Assembly (NCBI GenBank): GCA_963778795.1 | Contig: CAVZVU010000006.1 | Coordinates: 712,249-776,248 of the forward strand | Origin: an uncultured Pseudomonadota bacterium | Lineage (GTDB): Bacteria; Myxococcota_A; Polyangia; Fen-1088 | Direction: 5' to 3' | DNA: 64,000 nucleotides | Part shown: positions 38,296 to 49,269 of the stretch, piece by piece | How the letters are laid out: the number at the start of each line of letters is the position of its first letter | Numbering within the stretch: the first letter of the stretch is position 1 | Program-made: the position numbers and the translations under genes | The notes under the pieces: model-generated | What the model was told of the DNA's origin: nothing | Seen by the model: the letters and a program-made list of their open reading frames with translations, nothing else | Database searches by the model: none

Positions 38296-39732
38296 TCAGA
38301 ACCAGACGCCAACGTCCACCGTGTATATCCAACCACGGGCGCCGACCGAGTACGGCAGCGCGGTAGCACCGGTTGGCGCTCTGTGCTCGCTCAAAGCCTG
38401 AAAGTTGACGCGCATCCCCTTGTGCTGGAAAGGAAACGCGGTCACGCCAAGGCCCAGCTCCCAGGGGTCGCCATATTTGCCGTTGACCTTCGATGGCGCG
38501 ACGTAGACCTGCAACAGCTTCGGCACGACCATCGCCGACGCCTGCACCTGGAAGCCATGGTCGAACAGGCTGGTCACGGGGATGGGCCCGGTCGTGTCGA
38601 AGTTGGTCAGCCATCGAAAATAGTACTCCGCCTCGAGCGACCAACCCCACAGCTTGAAGCCTGCCTCCAGGTCCACCATCTGGTACGTGCACGCGTTGAC
38701 GTTCCCACCGGTTTTGAAGGGGTCCACGCTGAAGATCAGCGTGCCGTCGGAGAGGTGTAGCTGGGAGTTCTCGAAGTCAGAACTCTTGGGTTGGCTCTGC
38801 GCGGTCTCGCGACTGACGCTGTAGTGAGCCCCGAAGAGGGTGGCCAGCTTCTCGTGAACCTCGTAGTCGCCAAATCCCAAGGCCGGCCCGAATTCCCCCG
38901 TGGTCGGCATCCACCACAGGGCTGATGCGAAGGTGCTCAGCTTGTTGTCCAATTGGGCCGCGTCCACGCCGAGTTGGCTGAGATTGTTCGCCAGCGCCGC
39001 CTTGTACTGGAGGCGCGCGGGGGCAATTTTCCCCGCGAGCATGATCCCCGTCGAGTAGGAACCGCGGAAGTACTCGTCCGCCATCGTGCGGTGATCGATC
39101 TTGAGCCAATTCGGGAACGACAGGCTCGTGCTACGCGTCGTCGGGATCGGGAAGATCCCGGCCGCGAGGATCAACCAATCGAAGAAGGTGTATGAGAAGT
39201 TTGCCCCGACGTTGACCTGGGTTTGGTCGCCCATGGCCGTGTTCTGGCTCCAGACCCAAGCCACGTAATTGAACCGCTCGCTGAACAACCATCCGCGGAG
39301 GCTGAGCTGCACTCTGTTCACCTGGAAGTCCTGCCGGTGCGCGACCGGCAACGTGCGACCGAAGGCGTCCGTATAGGTGGAATCCAGTCCCAGTTGGTTC
39401 AGGTAGCGAACGTACGTTGAGATGCCGAGAGAGATGGAACCGAGGGGGCCCTTGTAGAAGTTGAGGCCGCCCTTGATGACCTTCTCCTCGTTTTTTTCCA
39501 CCTCTGGATGGGCCTTGGCATCGGGGCCCGCCGTCGCGGGAGCCGCCGCCGGAGCCGGGCCTGGTGGTGGAGCTGGGGCGGGCGCCTGCTGGGTCTTGAC
39601 GTCGGCAGGCTCGAGCTGCTGCGCCTCTGGAGATGGCTGCGGAGCGGTCTGCGCGCGCGCCACACCCGACAAGAGCCACAGTACCGGGAGCGCGGCCGAG
39701 AGCCTCGCGATACGTGACCCGAGGTGCCTCAT
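38296..39732 (-). CDS. Outer-membrane porin-like beta-barrel
   Basis: Signal peptide, Pro/Ala linker, alternating beta-strand pattern, terminal 'VGVWF'. Confidence 0.7.
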   Translation of the reverse strand: MRHLGSRIARLSAALPVLWLLSGVARAQTAPQPSPEAQQLEPADVKTQQAPAPAPPPGPAPAAAPATAGPDAKAHPEVEKNEEKVIKGGLNFYKGPLGSISLGISTYVRYLNQLGLDSTYTDAFGRTLPVAHRQDFQVNRVQLSLRGWLFSERFNYVAWVWSQNTAMGDQTQVNVGANFSYTFFDWLILAAGIFPIPTTRSTSLSFPNWLKIDHRTMADEYFRGSYSTGIMLAGKIAPARLQYKAALANNLSQLGVDAAQLDNKLSTFASALWWMPTTGEFGPALGFGDYEVHEKLATLFGAHYSVSRETAQSQPKSSDFENSQLHLSDGTLIFSVDPFKTGGNVNACTYQMVDLEAGFKLWGWSLEAEYYFRWLTNFDTTGPIPVTSLFDHGFQVQASAMVVPKLLQVYVAPSKVNGKYGDPWELGLGVTAFPFQHKGMRVNFQALSEHRAPTGATALPYSVGARGWIYTVDVGVWF

Positions 39733-40928
39733 CGACCGGGCTGCGTCGCCGCAGCCCCGGCGTCGCCGCGCGCCGGGAGATCATCCCCACTGGGCTCGTT
39801 CCCCCAGCGCGCTCTCTCGGCCGTAGCCGGCGGGAGGTCGAAGACACGAACGCCCTCCATCAGGGTTGAAGGAAACGTCGACTCGCCCTTGGCCAACGAA
39901 CGGCGAATGTCCTCCAACCCTGCCTCCCAACGGTCGTTCACCGTCGCCCGTGAGAACTCTGTGTCCTTCCACTGTCCGACATCGGACCGAAGTGACTCGG
40001 TGAGGAACGCGATGGTCCACTCACGGTCCTCGCAATGCTTGGCGATCCGTTGGACGTCGGGATCGGCCTGCATCTCGGCCGGAACCTTGGCCAGCAGGCG
40101 CTTCGCCGCCGCGTGAAGCTCGCCGAGCTCCCGGATCCTATCCGTGCTGAACCGCTGCTTGCTGCAGTACTCGATGTCCTTCGCTCGCTCCATCACCTCT
40201 TCGATGGTGCGTGGCAACTGCCCACGGCTCGGGAAGAGATTGACCTGCAAGATGAGCGCCGTGGTGAGCGGCTTCTGGTCCCAGACGTAGGTGATCGGCG
40301 TGTTGGAGACCAGGCCGCCATCCCAATACTCCTCCCCGTCGATCTCTATGCAGGGAAATCCCGGCGGCAGCGCGCCACTGGCCATGACGTGCGCTGAGGT
40401 GATCCGGGTGCGGAGCGTATCGAAGTACACCGACTCGCCCGTGCGCACGTTCGTGGCACCGAGAGACAGTCGCGTCTGGCCGCGATTGATGAGGTCGAAA
40501 TCGACGAGCTCCTCGAGGGTCTTCTTGAGCGGCGAGGTGTCGTAGAAGCTGACGGCGCCGGGAGATTGCGCCGGAGCCAGCAATTGGGACGGGGCACGCG
40601 GCACGTAGAACGGCTGAACGCCGAACATCATTGCGTTCAACACGCTGAGGCGATCCAGGAACGGCCGCATCCAGGCGAGCGGAGAGGGAACCGCCATCGG
40701 CGCGTACGCCGACACGCGGTCCCAGAACTCCCGCAAACGTTGGACGCGGCGCTCGGGCGGATTGCCCGCGATGAGCGCCGAGTTGATGGCTCCGATCGAG
40801 ATCCCCACCACCCACGTCGGCATGAAGCCAACCCGGACCAGTCCTTCGTAGACACCCGCCTGGTACGACCCCAGCGCGCCGCCCCCCTGCAACAGCAGGA
40901 TCCGGTGATCGTACGTCTCTTGTCTCAT
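39729..40928 (-). CDS. Patatin-like phospholipase (DUF3734-type C-terminus)
   Basis: 'LQGGGALG', nucleophile 'GISIG', 'DGG'. Confidence 0.9.
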   Translation of the reverse strand: MRQETYDHRILLLQGGGALGSYQAGVYEGLVRVGFMPTWVVGISIGAINSALIAGNPPERRVQRLREFWDRVSAYAPMAVPSPLAWMRPFLDRLSVLNAMMFGVQPFYVPRAPSQLLAPAQSPGAVSFYDTSPLKKTLEELVDFDLINRGQTRLSLGATNVRTGESVYFDTLRTRITSAHVMASGALPPGFPCIEIDGEEYWDGGLVSNTPITYVWDQKPLTTALILQVNLFPSRGQLPRTIEEVMERAKDIEYCSKQRFSTDRIRELGELHAAAKRLLAKVPAEMQADPDVQRIAKHCEDREWTIAFLTESLRSDVGQWKDTEFSRATVNDRWEAGLEDIRRSLAKGESTFPSTLMEGVRVFDLPPATAERARWGNEPSGDDLPARGDAGAAATQPGR

Positions 40929-41144
40929 GCTTGTCTGATGGTGCGTCGCACGGGGCCCGTCAAGTGACGCCTCGGAATTTCACGCGAGCTTCAGCCTCCA
41001 GCCGCTGGCGGGCTACATGCCCCACTTGATCAGTGGAGAGCCCAGTGAAGACAGACGCGGCACGAGCCTTTCGTCCGGTTGCGCCCGACGGAGGGATGGT
41101 CGTCGCGATCGAGTGAGCGCGCCTGACGTCGCGTCACGCGTGCG

Positions 41145-42419
41145 TCAGATGACGGTGCCGTCGGGGATCACGCCGTTCTTGGGGATGATGACGAGGCCTT
41201 CGCGGATGAAGTACGATTTCCCGTCGTGGTCGGGCCGGCCGCTGGCGTTGTTGATGCGCACGCCGCGCCCGATGCGCGCGTTCTTGTCGACGATCGCGTT
41301 CTCGATCACCGATCCCTCGCCGATGCCGAGCGCTGGCGAGGGCGCCGGGTCGGCGTCGTAGAAGTCGGCCCCCAGGATCAGGCTGCGGCGGATCTTCGAA
41401 CCGCGCCCGATGCGGGTGCGCGGGCCGATCACCGAGGATTCGATGTCGACGTTTTCCAGGAACCCACCGTCGGCGACCAGCGCGTCGGCGACGCGCGAAT
41501 CGTGGATCTTGGTGGGCGCGAGGAAGGCGCGCTCCATGAAGATCGGAAAGCGCGGATGATAGAAGCTGAACGAGGAGTGAAGCTTGGTAAGCGCGATGTT
41601 CGCGTCGAAGTAAGAGCGAATGGTCCCGACGTCCTCCCAGTAGTCGTCGTAGAGGTAGGACTGCACGCGCGTCCGTTCCAGCATGCTGGGGATCACGTGC
41701 TTGCCGAAGTCGATGTGGTCCTCCGGCGCCTTCAGCGCCTGCTCCAGCGCGCCGCGCTCGAAGATGTAAATGCCCATGGAGGCGAGATAGGCAGGCGAAG
41801 GTTGGCGGGCGGACCCGGCCGCCCCGGCGCCGGACTTCGGGGGGATGGGCGAGTCGAGGCCAGCGAGCCGTTCCCGCGGCGGCTTCTCGACGAAACGCAA
41901 GACCCGTCCACTGGCGTCGGTCTTCATGATGCCGAACGCCGACGCCTGCTCGGCGGGGACAGCCTTCATGGCGACGGTCACGGCGGCGTTCGCGTCGCGG
42001 TGCGCGCGCAGCATCTCTTCCAGCTTCATCCGATAGAGCTGGTCCCCCGACAGGATCGCGATGCGATTCCAGTGCTCGCGCTCGAGGTGCTTCATGCACT
42101 TGCGAACCGCGTCGGCCGTGCCGCGAAACCAGTCGTTGCTCCCGTCCTCGGTCTGCTCCGCCGCGAGGATGTCGACGCCGCCCTGGGTGAACGCGTCGAA
42201 CTTGTAGGTGTTGGCGACGTGGCGGTTCAGGCTCTCCGATTGATACTGGGTGACGACGAAGATCCGGCGCAGGCCGGCATGAATGCAGTTGCTGATCGCA
42301 ACATCGACCAGCCGATAGCTGCCGCCGATCGGCACCGCCGGCTTGGACCGGTGAAGCGTCAGCGGAGAAAGACGGGTGCCGCGGCCCCCCCCGAGAACGA
42401 TAGCCACAACGTCATCCAT
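41145..42419 (-). CDS. glgC: Glucose-1-phosphate adenylyltransferase
   Basis: 'GGGRGTRLSPLT..RSKPAVPIGG', 'WFRGTADAV', 'LSGDQLY', 'FVEKP', 'SMGIYIF', 'DFGK', 'WEDVGT'. Confidence 0.95.
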   Translation of the reverse strand: MDDVVAIVLGGGRGTRLSPLTLHRSKPAVPIGGSYRLVDVAISNCIHAGLRRIFVVTQYQSESLNRHVANTYKFDAFTQGGVDILAAEQTEDGSNDWFRGTADAVRKCMKHLEREHWNRIAILSGDQLYRMKLEEMLRAHRDANAAVTVAMKAVPAEQASAFGIMKTDASGRVLRFVEKPPRERLAGLDSPIPPKSGAGAAGSARQPSPAYLASMGIYIFERGALEQALKAPEDHIDFGKHVIPSMLERTRVQSYLYDDYWEDVGTIRSYFDANIALTKLHSSFSFYHPRFPIFMERAFLAPTKIHDSRVADALVADGGFLENVDIESSVIGPRTRIGRGSKIRRSLILGADFYDADPAPSPALGIGEGSVIENAIVDKNARIGRGVRINNASGRPDHDGKSYFIREGLVIIPKNGVIPDGTVI

Positions 42420-42571
42420 GGGCGCTTCCCTTCCGGCGATGGTTCGGAATCTTGAACGAACCTAAGGCGGGAACTCGCGCGGGAAAGGGACGCGATCGAA
42501 CTCTGCCGGCGACCACTGGCCAGCAAGCGACAGCGGGCCCGATTTCAGGGCACGTTGATCTGCAGCGTGAT

Positions 42572-43024
42572 CTACGGGTGGGCGTCGCCGCCGCACGGGC
42601 AGCAAGCGACCGAGCCGCCGCCCGGTCCGGGCGCGAGGCTCCGGCATTCCGCGGGCGGTGACGGCCAGGGGCCAGGTCCGGGCCCGCCACAGGCGACCGC
42701 GTATTCGTCGGGCCTGCACAGGTCGTGACAGCTGCCGAAGGTCTCGCCCACCACGGCATTCGGTCCGGGGCACTGGGTGGCATCATCGCTGAGGCAGAGC
42801 TCCCCGCTGCCGTCAGAGCCCGAACAGGCGAGATAGGTACGGGCCGCCACGCATTGTCCCACCGCGCCGTCGGTCCGATCGAGGCTCGATGGCCAGGCGC
42901 AAGTGGCGAGCACCGTGCTGGCGTCCCCGTCGGTCTGGCTGCGGGTCGATGAGCACCCCCACCCGGCGGACGTCGCCGCGAGCGCCAACGCACCCAACCA
43001 AAGACCACTACGGCCCGCCGTCAT
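42572..43024 (-). CDS. Cys-rich small lipoprotein
   Basis: 'AGWGC' lipobox; about 12 Cys in about 125 mature residues. Confidence 0.65.
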   Translation of the reverse strand: MTAGRSGLWLGALALAATSAGWGCSSTRSQTDGDASTVLATCAWPSSLDRTDGAVGQCVAARTYLACSGSDGSGELCLSDDATQCPGPNAVVGETFGSCHDLCRPDEYAVACGGPGPGPWPSPPAECRSLAPGPGGGSVACCPCGGDAHP

Positions 43025-43372
43025 CGCATCTCCTTTGCACACTTCCGCGGCACATCGTAGCAAGCAGTACGCCACCCATCGGCCCCTGCGATTCTGCTCG
43101 GAATGCCTCAGAGGTGCCCGGTTTCTCGGGACATCGGCGCCCGGCTCTCTCGAATTTCCGAGGCGGCGCCGTCGCTGCCCGCAACAATTCGGCGGAATTA
43201 CCGGTCGCGACGGCGACGGATTCTTCAGATTCAGCCCATAACGGCCGAAATGGCTGAGTGTGCCACCGCAGCGGCTGGCGGCGGCGCCCAGGCTGAACGT
43301 CGAGGAGATCCATTTCGCGCCGCGCGCGTCTCACCCGACATGGACATTGGCGATTCTTCACGAGGACAAAAG

Positions 43373-45595
43373 ATGAGACCAACAACGCTGACGGCCGCCA
43401 CGGTGATCGCGCTGGCGGGCATTGGATGTGGGGGTGGCCCGGCCAGCTATGTCCGTTCCGAGACGGTGCTGGGACGAGTGGTCATCTACCGAAATGGGGT
43501 CGCATACTTCGAACGATCGGCGACGGTCGATGGCGACACCCTGCGGCTCTCCGTCCCCGCCGAACGAGTCGACGACTTTCTCCGCTCACTGACGGTGTTC
43601 GATGCCGACACCGGTCAACCAGCGCCGGTCGCGTACCCGACCGCGGGGGCGCGCCAGGGGGGCAGCAACCTGATCGACATGAAGATCGGCCTTTCAGGCG
43701 CGGCGCCGCACCGACTCAAGCTGTCCTACGTCACCGAGTCGCCGTCCTGGAAGCCGAGCTATCGGCTGGTGATGGACAAGCCCGGCAGGGTGGAGGTGCA
43801 GGCGTGGGCGGTGGTCGACAACACCTCGGGCGAGGACTGGAACCGGGTCAAGCTGGGCGTCGGGTCGAGCTCGGCGATGTCCTTCCGCTATGACCTGCAC
43901 ACGGTCCGCACCGTCGAGCGCGAGACGCTTCGCTCGAATGATCTGTTCGCCCAGGCCCCGCCGGTGGGTGGTGCGACGTACGGCCAGGTTGGCGGAACGA
44001 CCCCGGTGCTGGCCGAGTTGAGTGATTCCAGCCTCGCCAGTGAGACGGCCGGCGACGACGGCAACCGGAACATCCCGCTCCCGGCTCCGCCCCCGGCGCC
44101 GGCCAGCCTGCCGGCCGCGCGCACCGCTGCCAGACCGGGTCGAGCGCAGAAGGCGCCGGCCGATGCGTTCAGGGGCGGTGGCTTCGGCGGCCAGAAGCGG
44201 GCGATGGCGGCGGACATGCCCCAGAGCGAGATGCCCGCCCCGCCGCCCCCGCCCCCCACGCTCAACCCGTCGAGCCCGGGTGGCTCCCAGATGTCCGCGA
44301 TGGCGCGCCGGCTTCTCGGGACGCGCGACCAGATCATCATCGAAGGCTTTGCCGACCGCGACGACAGCGACAAGAACGCCGCATCACTGGCGCGGGCCAA
44401 TCGGGTGCGCGAGCGGCTGATCCACGATGGTCTGCCTCCCGATCGCGTGGTGGCGGTCGGACGGGGCGATCAGCCTGGGCATGCGGGCGGCGTGAGGGTG
44501 GTGCAGGCACCGCCACCGCCGGCGTCGGGTGGAACCAAGCAAACGCTGCGCAACGGCAGCCCGGCGGCGGCCATGCCTCAGGATCCGATCGGCACCGCCC
44601 ATTTCGAGTCCGACAGCGCCATGAACGTCCCCGGCGGCTCGTCGGCGATGGTGTCGATCCTCAAGACCGAGGCTGACGGCGAGGTGGTGTACCTCTTCGA
44701 TCCCGACAGCGCGCACGGCGACGAATCCTTTCCGTTCAAGGCGATCCGGCTGCGCAACCCGACCGATTCCGTGCTGGAGAGCGGCCCGGTGACGGTCTTC
44801 TCCGCGGGGCGGTTCATCGGGGAGGGGCTGGTCGAGCCGATTCCAGCGCGCTCGATCGCTTTTGTCCCCTTCGCCCTCGACCGCCAGGTGGTGGTGGAGC
44901 GCAAGAACAACGAACGCGACGAGATCGCGCGCATCATCACGGTTCAGCGCGGGGTCTTTTCGACTGAGTCCAAGCACACCCGCCGCACGACCTTCACGCT
45001 GCACAATCGCCAGGACGAGAAGACCGTGGTCTACGTCCGTCACCTGGTTCAACCGGGATACACCCTGGCCAAGTCACCAGCGGTCAGCGAGCGGATGGGG
45101 CTGGCCCACCTTTTCCGGATCGAGCTGGCCCCCAAGGGGAAGACCGAGGTCGAGATCGAGGAGGTGACGCCGGTCTTCAGGACCACCGATGTGCGCGCCA
45201 CCGACGGGATGGATCTGGTGCGGATCTATTTGACGTCGGCCACCGGGAACGAAGCGCTCCGGAATCAGGTGAACGAGCTGCTGAAGCTGCAGAAGGAGAC
45301 CGCCAACATCGAGCAGCAGATCGAGACCACGCGCGAGCAGATGCAGGAGTACCGTGGCCGGATGGACGAGCTGCACGGGCAGATCCTGAGCCTGCGAGAG
45401 GTCGCGACCGGGGCCGCGCTGCTAAAGGCGCTGGAGAAGAAGATGCAGGACATCTCGGACAAGGTCTCGAACGCGACCATCACGCTGGTGAACCTGCAAG
45501 AGAAGCTGATGATCTCCCGGGTCCACTTCCAGGACGCGGTGGCCGAGCTGAGCCTGGACGCGTCTCCGGTCAGCGGGGCGGCGGCTCTGAACTGA
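43373..45595 (+). CDS. DUF4139-domain lipoprotein with an inserted OmpA-like domain and coiled-coil tail
   Basis: 'LAGIGC'; 'VVIYRNGVAYFER', 'WKPSYRL', 'VDNTSGEDW'; OmpA-like 'IIIEGFAD..SLARANRVRERL..VAVGRG'. Confidence 0.8.
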   Translation: MRPTTLTAATVIALAGIGCGGGPASYVRSETVLGRVVIYRNGVAYFERSATVDGDTLRLSVPAERVDDFLRSLTVFDADTGQPAPVAYPTAGARQGGSNLIDMKIGLSGAAPHRLKLSYVTESPSWKPSYRLVMDKPGRVEVQAWAVVDNTSGEDWNRVKLGVGSSSAMSFRYDLHTVRTVERETLRSNDLFAQAPPVGGATYGQVGGTTPVLAELSDSSLASETAGDDGNRNIPLPAPPPAPASLPAARTAARPGRAQKAPADAFRGGGFGGQKRAMAADMPQSEMPAPPPPPPTLNPSSPGGSQMSAMARRLLGTRDQIIIEGFADRDDSDKNAASLARANRVRERLIHDGLPPDRVVAVGRGDQPGHAGGVRVVQAPPPPASGGTKQTLRNGSPAAAMPQDPIGTAHFESDSAMNVPGGSSAMVSILKTEADGEVVYLFDPDSAHGDESFPFKAIRLRNPTDSVLESGPVTVFSAGRFIGEGLVEPIPARSIAFVPFALDRQVVVERKNNERDEIARIITVQRGVFSTESKHTRRTTFTLHNRQDEKTVVYVRHLVQPGYTLAKSPAVSERMGLAHLFRIELAPKGKTEVEIEEVTPVFRTTDVRATDGMDLVRIYLTSATGNEALRNQVNELLKLQKETANIEQQIETTREQMQEYRGRMDELHGQILSLREVATGAALLKALEKKMQDISDKVSNATITLVNLQEKLMISRVHFQDAVAELSLDASPVSGAAALN

Positions 45596-45663
45596 CGGCG
45601 CGCGGATCGGCGAACGATAGACGCACCCGGGAGGATTGGAAGCAGGCCTCGGCCGACGTCGTC

Positions 45664-47523
45664 TCAGTGCGAAAGCGACTCGCGCAGCCGGGTGAGGCGT
45701 GCGGTGGCGTCGCGATCACCTGCCCGGCGCTCCAGATCCTTCTCCAGCGCGGGAATCGCCTCGCTGCCGTAGATGGTGCGGATGGCTCGCGCCGCGCCCC
45801 GACCAGCGACTGGATGCGCGGCGGCCTTCAGCAGATCCGCGAGCATCTGCGGGTCGCCACGACAGGTTGAATCGACGCGGTAGGCCCGCAGGTATCGTTC
45901 CACCGAGTCGCTGAACCAATCGAGCTGCGCGTAGGCACGTCCGAGCAGAAGCCACGGACGCGGGTCACCAGGATTCTGGTGCGCGAATTCGTACGCAGGG
46001 ACAAGCGCCCGCTGGGACATTCGCACGCCGCGGCTGACCCGGTCATGGATCGGCCGCAGCGCGCGGGGGACCGGCTCTAGCCACGGATCACGCGCACTTT
46101 GCGCGGTGTTCGCTTCGGTTTCCGGTGGCTGCGTCCGCGGCTCCGGTGGCTCCACGGGCGCTTGCGTCTCGGCTGGTGCTTGCGGCTTCACCGGCACCGG
46201 TTTCTCCGCGGGCGCTTGGGCCTCCGTCGGCGGAGCGGTCGACGGTTCCGGATTCGGCGACGGCTCCGGAGGCAGCGACGACGGTGCAGGCGGCGGCGTT
46301 GTCGGCGCCGTCGTCGTTGCTGATCTGGTCGGCGACGTGGGCGCCTGCTCCGCGGGCAACGCCGGCGTGGGCGCCGGTTTGGTCGCCGGCGTGGGCGCCG
46401 GCGAAGGTAGCGCTTGCTTGGGTGGCGGCTGCGCCGGCAGCGCGGCGGTCTCGACCGGTCTCGCCCGATCGCGCCGCAGATAGAGCGCCCCAGCCGCGAT
46501 TCCCCCCACCAGCGTGACCAGGATGGTGGCGTAGCGCCAGAGGCGCGGGCCCGAAGGCGACGCCCGGTGCGCGCGCGGCGCCGGCTTCTTCGGTGCTGCA
46601 GCGCGCCCGCCGCTCAATGCCTCGACGGGCAGGTTGGCAGAGACCTGCTCCAGCGCCGCCAGCATCGCAGCCGCGTCCCTGAATCGCCCCGCCGGATTCT
46701 TGGCCATCGCCCGCGCGATCACCGCCTGAAACAACGGCGCACCCGCAACCTCGGGCCGCACTTTCAACAGCGACGGAACCGGCTGCGTCAGGTGCGCCCC
46801 GATGTAGCCCTCGGGAGAATCGGAAACGAACGGACGCTGCCCGGCGAGAAGCTCGAACAGCAGGACGCCGGCCGCATAGACATCGGTCCTGGCGTCTATC
46901 GGCCCGCCCTTCACCTGCTCGGGGGACATATAAGCCGGCGTTCCGATCACGGCTCCGACGCTGGTCAGCTCGGTCATGGTTCGCGAGCTCGACCCCTCGA
47001 GAAACTTCACCATTCCGAAGTCCAGAAGCCTCACGTGATCGTCGTGGTCCGGCAGCGCCTGCAGGAACACGTTGACCGGCTTCAGATCGCGGTGGACGAT
47101 TCCTTTGCCGTGAGCGAACGCGAGCCCGCGCAACATCTGGCGGGCAATATCCAGCACCCGCCGGAGCGGCAGCGGTCCTTCCTTGATCAGGGCCCCCAGC
47201 GTCTTACCTTCCAACAACTCCATCACCAGAAATGGCACGCCGCGGTCGATGCCGAAATCGGTCACGGGAACGATGTTGGGATGGGCAAGCGCCGACAACG
47301 CGCGCGCCTCCCGTTCGAATCGGCCGCGCCACTCCGGGCTGGCGGCCGTCTCCTCGTGGAGCACCTTGATGGCCACGAACCGGTCGAGATGGGCCTGCCG
47401 TCCCCGGTAGACGACCCCTGCACCGCCGTCGCCGAGGCGCCCCAGTATCTCATAGCGTCCGTCCAGCTTCCGTCCGACGAGCGGATCGGCTGCGGCGTTG
47501 AACAGATCTTGGACCACGAGCAA
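45664..47523 (-). CDS. Membrane Ser/Thr protein kinase
   Basis: 'LGDGGAGVVY', 'VAIKVL', 'HRDLKP', 'DFG', 'GTPAYMSPE'; TM, Pro-rich linker, helical C-terminus. Confidence 0.9.
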   Translation of the reverse strand: MLVVQDLFNAAADPLVGRKLDGRYEILGRLGDGGAGVVYRGRQAHLDRFVAIKVLHEETAASPEWRGRFEREARALSALAHPNIVPVTDFGIDRGVPFLVMELLEGKTLGALIKEGPLPLRRVLDIARQMLRGLAFAHGKGIVHRDLKPVNVFLQALPDHDDHVRLLDFGMVKFLEGSSSRTMTELTSVGAVIGTPAYMSPEQVKGGPIDARTDVYAAGVLLFELLAGQRPFVSDSPEGYIGAHLTQPVPSLLKVRPEVAGAPLFQAVIARAMAKNPAGRFRDAAAMLAALEQVSANLPVEALSGGRAAAPKKPAPRAHRASPSGPRLWRYATILVTLVGGIAAGALYLRRDRARPVETAALPAQPPPKQALPSPAPTPATKPAPTPALPAEQAPTSPTRSATTTAPTTPPPAPSSLPPEPSPNPEPSTAPPTEAQAPAEKPVPVKPQAPAETQAPVEPPEPRTQPPETEANTAQSARDPWLEPVPRALRPIHDRVSRGVRMSQRALVPAYEFAHQNPGDPRPWLLLGRAYAQLDWFSDSVERYLRAYRVDSTCRGDPQMLADLLKAAAHPVAGRGAARAIRTIYGSEAIPALEKDLERRAGDRDATARLTRLRESLSH

Positions 47524-47561
47524 CGACTATATCGTGGAACCATGCCCGGACGAGCCGTCGG

Positions 47562-48951
47562 TCAGGGGATCGGCAGCACGCGGACCCAGCCGTTCCCCTT
47601 GTCGGTCACGTAGGCGAACGATCCGTCGGGCGACACGGCTACGCTGGTGCCGCCGTTGGCCGGATACGCGGCGAGGACGGTGTCGTCGAGCAACGAGACG
47701 AATTGGATTGATGCCGTTCCCACGACGACCGCCACCTCACCGTCCGGAGTGATCGCGACGTTGTGGAAGTCACCGCCGGGCGTGTCGGAGCCCGATAGCG
47801 TGATGCGGCGTGATCGCGCCGGTTGCGATGTCCACGACGTCCAGGGTCGCCTCGGCGACGACCGCCTTCGTTCCGTCCGGCGTGATCGCCACGCCGGCCG
47901 AGGTCGACGACAGCATGAGGTGGCTGACGGTGCGCGCCCGGATAGTCGATGCGGTAGAGCCGGTGATCGAGCTCCATCGTGACCAGGGCGAACGCGCCGT
48001 CCGTGCTGACGGCGACGCCGTAGGGGTCGTTGGTGTCGCCGAAGTTGCTGAACGCGAACTGGGGAGCGTTGAGGATCGGGTCGAACGTCGTCAGCCCCAT
48101 GGCCGAGCAACCAGGGCTCAAATCGGGCATCGCGACGGCGCCGTCCGGAAAGTAGGCGAGGTCGCCCAGGGTCGTCCCGACGCAGGGGTCATCGATCTCG
48201 CCCTCGACGACGCCGGTGACGAGATCGATCACGGCGAGGCCGTTGACGCCGTTGGTGCCGCTCGTCAGCAGCGTCGCCACGGCCTCCTGTCCGTCGGGCG
48301 CGATCGCGATCCCGATCGGCTGGCTGTGGACGCCGGTGTCGAGCCCGGCCAGCGTGTGGTTGATGAGATCGACGAGGCACGATCGGGTCCACTGTTGATC
48401 TCGCTGGCGACGACCAACGTGCGGCCGTCGGGGTGACACCGATCCCGTGCGCGTGCCGGCACGACATACGGCGAGGAGAACCAGCGCGGCGCGCCCGTCG
48501 CGATCGTGTAGTCGGCCCCGTTCTGTGCGCTCACCCGCCAGTAGTAGACGACGCCCGGGGCGAGCGTCGCCGCGGGCACCGTCAGGGTGGTCGCGGGCGC
48601 GGCGACGATCTGCTGGAAGACGTCGCTGGTCCCGAAGGTCGTACTGGTCGCGATCTCGACGGCATAAGTTGTCGCCCCCTCCGCCGCATCCCAGGAGAGC
48701 TGGGGGGTGAGCGACTGCGCCGACGAGCCCTGCACGGGACTCATCAAGCCAAAGGGGCCGGGGGCTCCCGTCTGACCGGTTCCGCCAGTGGCGTCGTACG
48801 CCATCGCGACGGCACCGGCGCCGCCGGTGCCGGTCTGACCGCCGGCCCCGGTGACGTTCCCGCCGCCGGTGCCCGTGATATCCGCTCCGCCGCCGCACCC
48901 GCCCGCAAGAAGCACAACCGCACCCAGGACTCCCATGCGAAACGTGCTCAT
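47562..48951 (-). CDS. Lipoprotein with Ig/FN3-like domain and YVTN/lactonase-type beta-propeller; several frameshifts
   Basis: 'LLAGGC'; 'LSW..ATTY.VEIA..YYWRVSA'; repeated 'IAIAPDG', 'VAVSTDG', 'VAITPDG', 'VAVSPDG' spread over ORFs 48265, 47639 and 47562. Confidence 0.7.
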
Positions 48952-49269
48952 GTCCGCCACGGTTCGGCAGGTATTGGCTTCAGCTGAAGCACGCCGGCGC
49001 GGTCGTGGGCTGCGTGGGGGCGGCGTTCGATTTCGCGCCAGGATTTGTTCGCCCATCGTCGATGACGAGAGCCTGTTCGCTCAACTCTTCGAAGCTAGCC
49101 CTAACGGCGAGATCGTCGTCGCTGAGGACGGGGGGGGCGATGGGCCAACCCAGCTGCCCACCGCATTCTTGGCTGGCCACAGGGGACGCTGGTCGACGAG
49201 ATCCTCCCCGAGCGGTTCCGCGCCACACAGGGACGCCCTGTCACGGCCACTCATGCAGATTGCGCACGA

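Noticed and set aside
40930-41140. Riboswitch between glgC and patatin
   Set aside because: Only short hairpins (CCACT-TGATC-AGTGG); no known aptamer consensus recognised.
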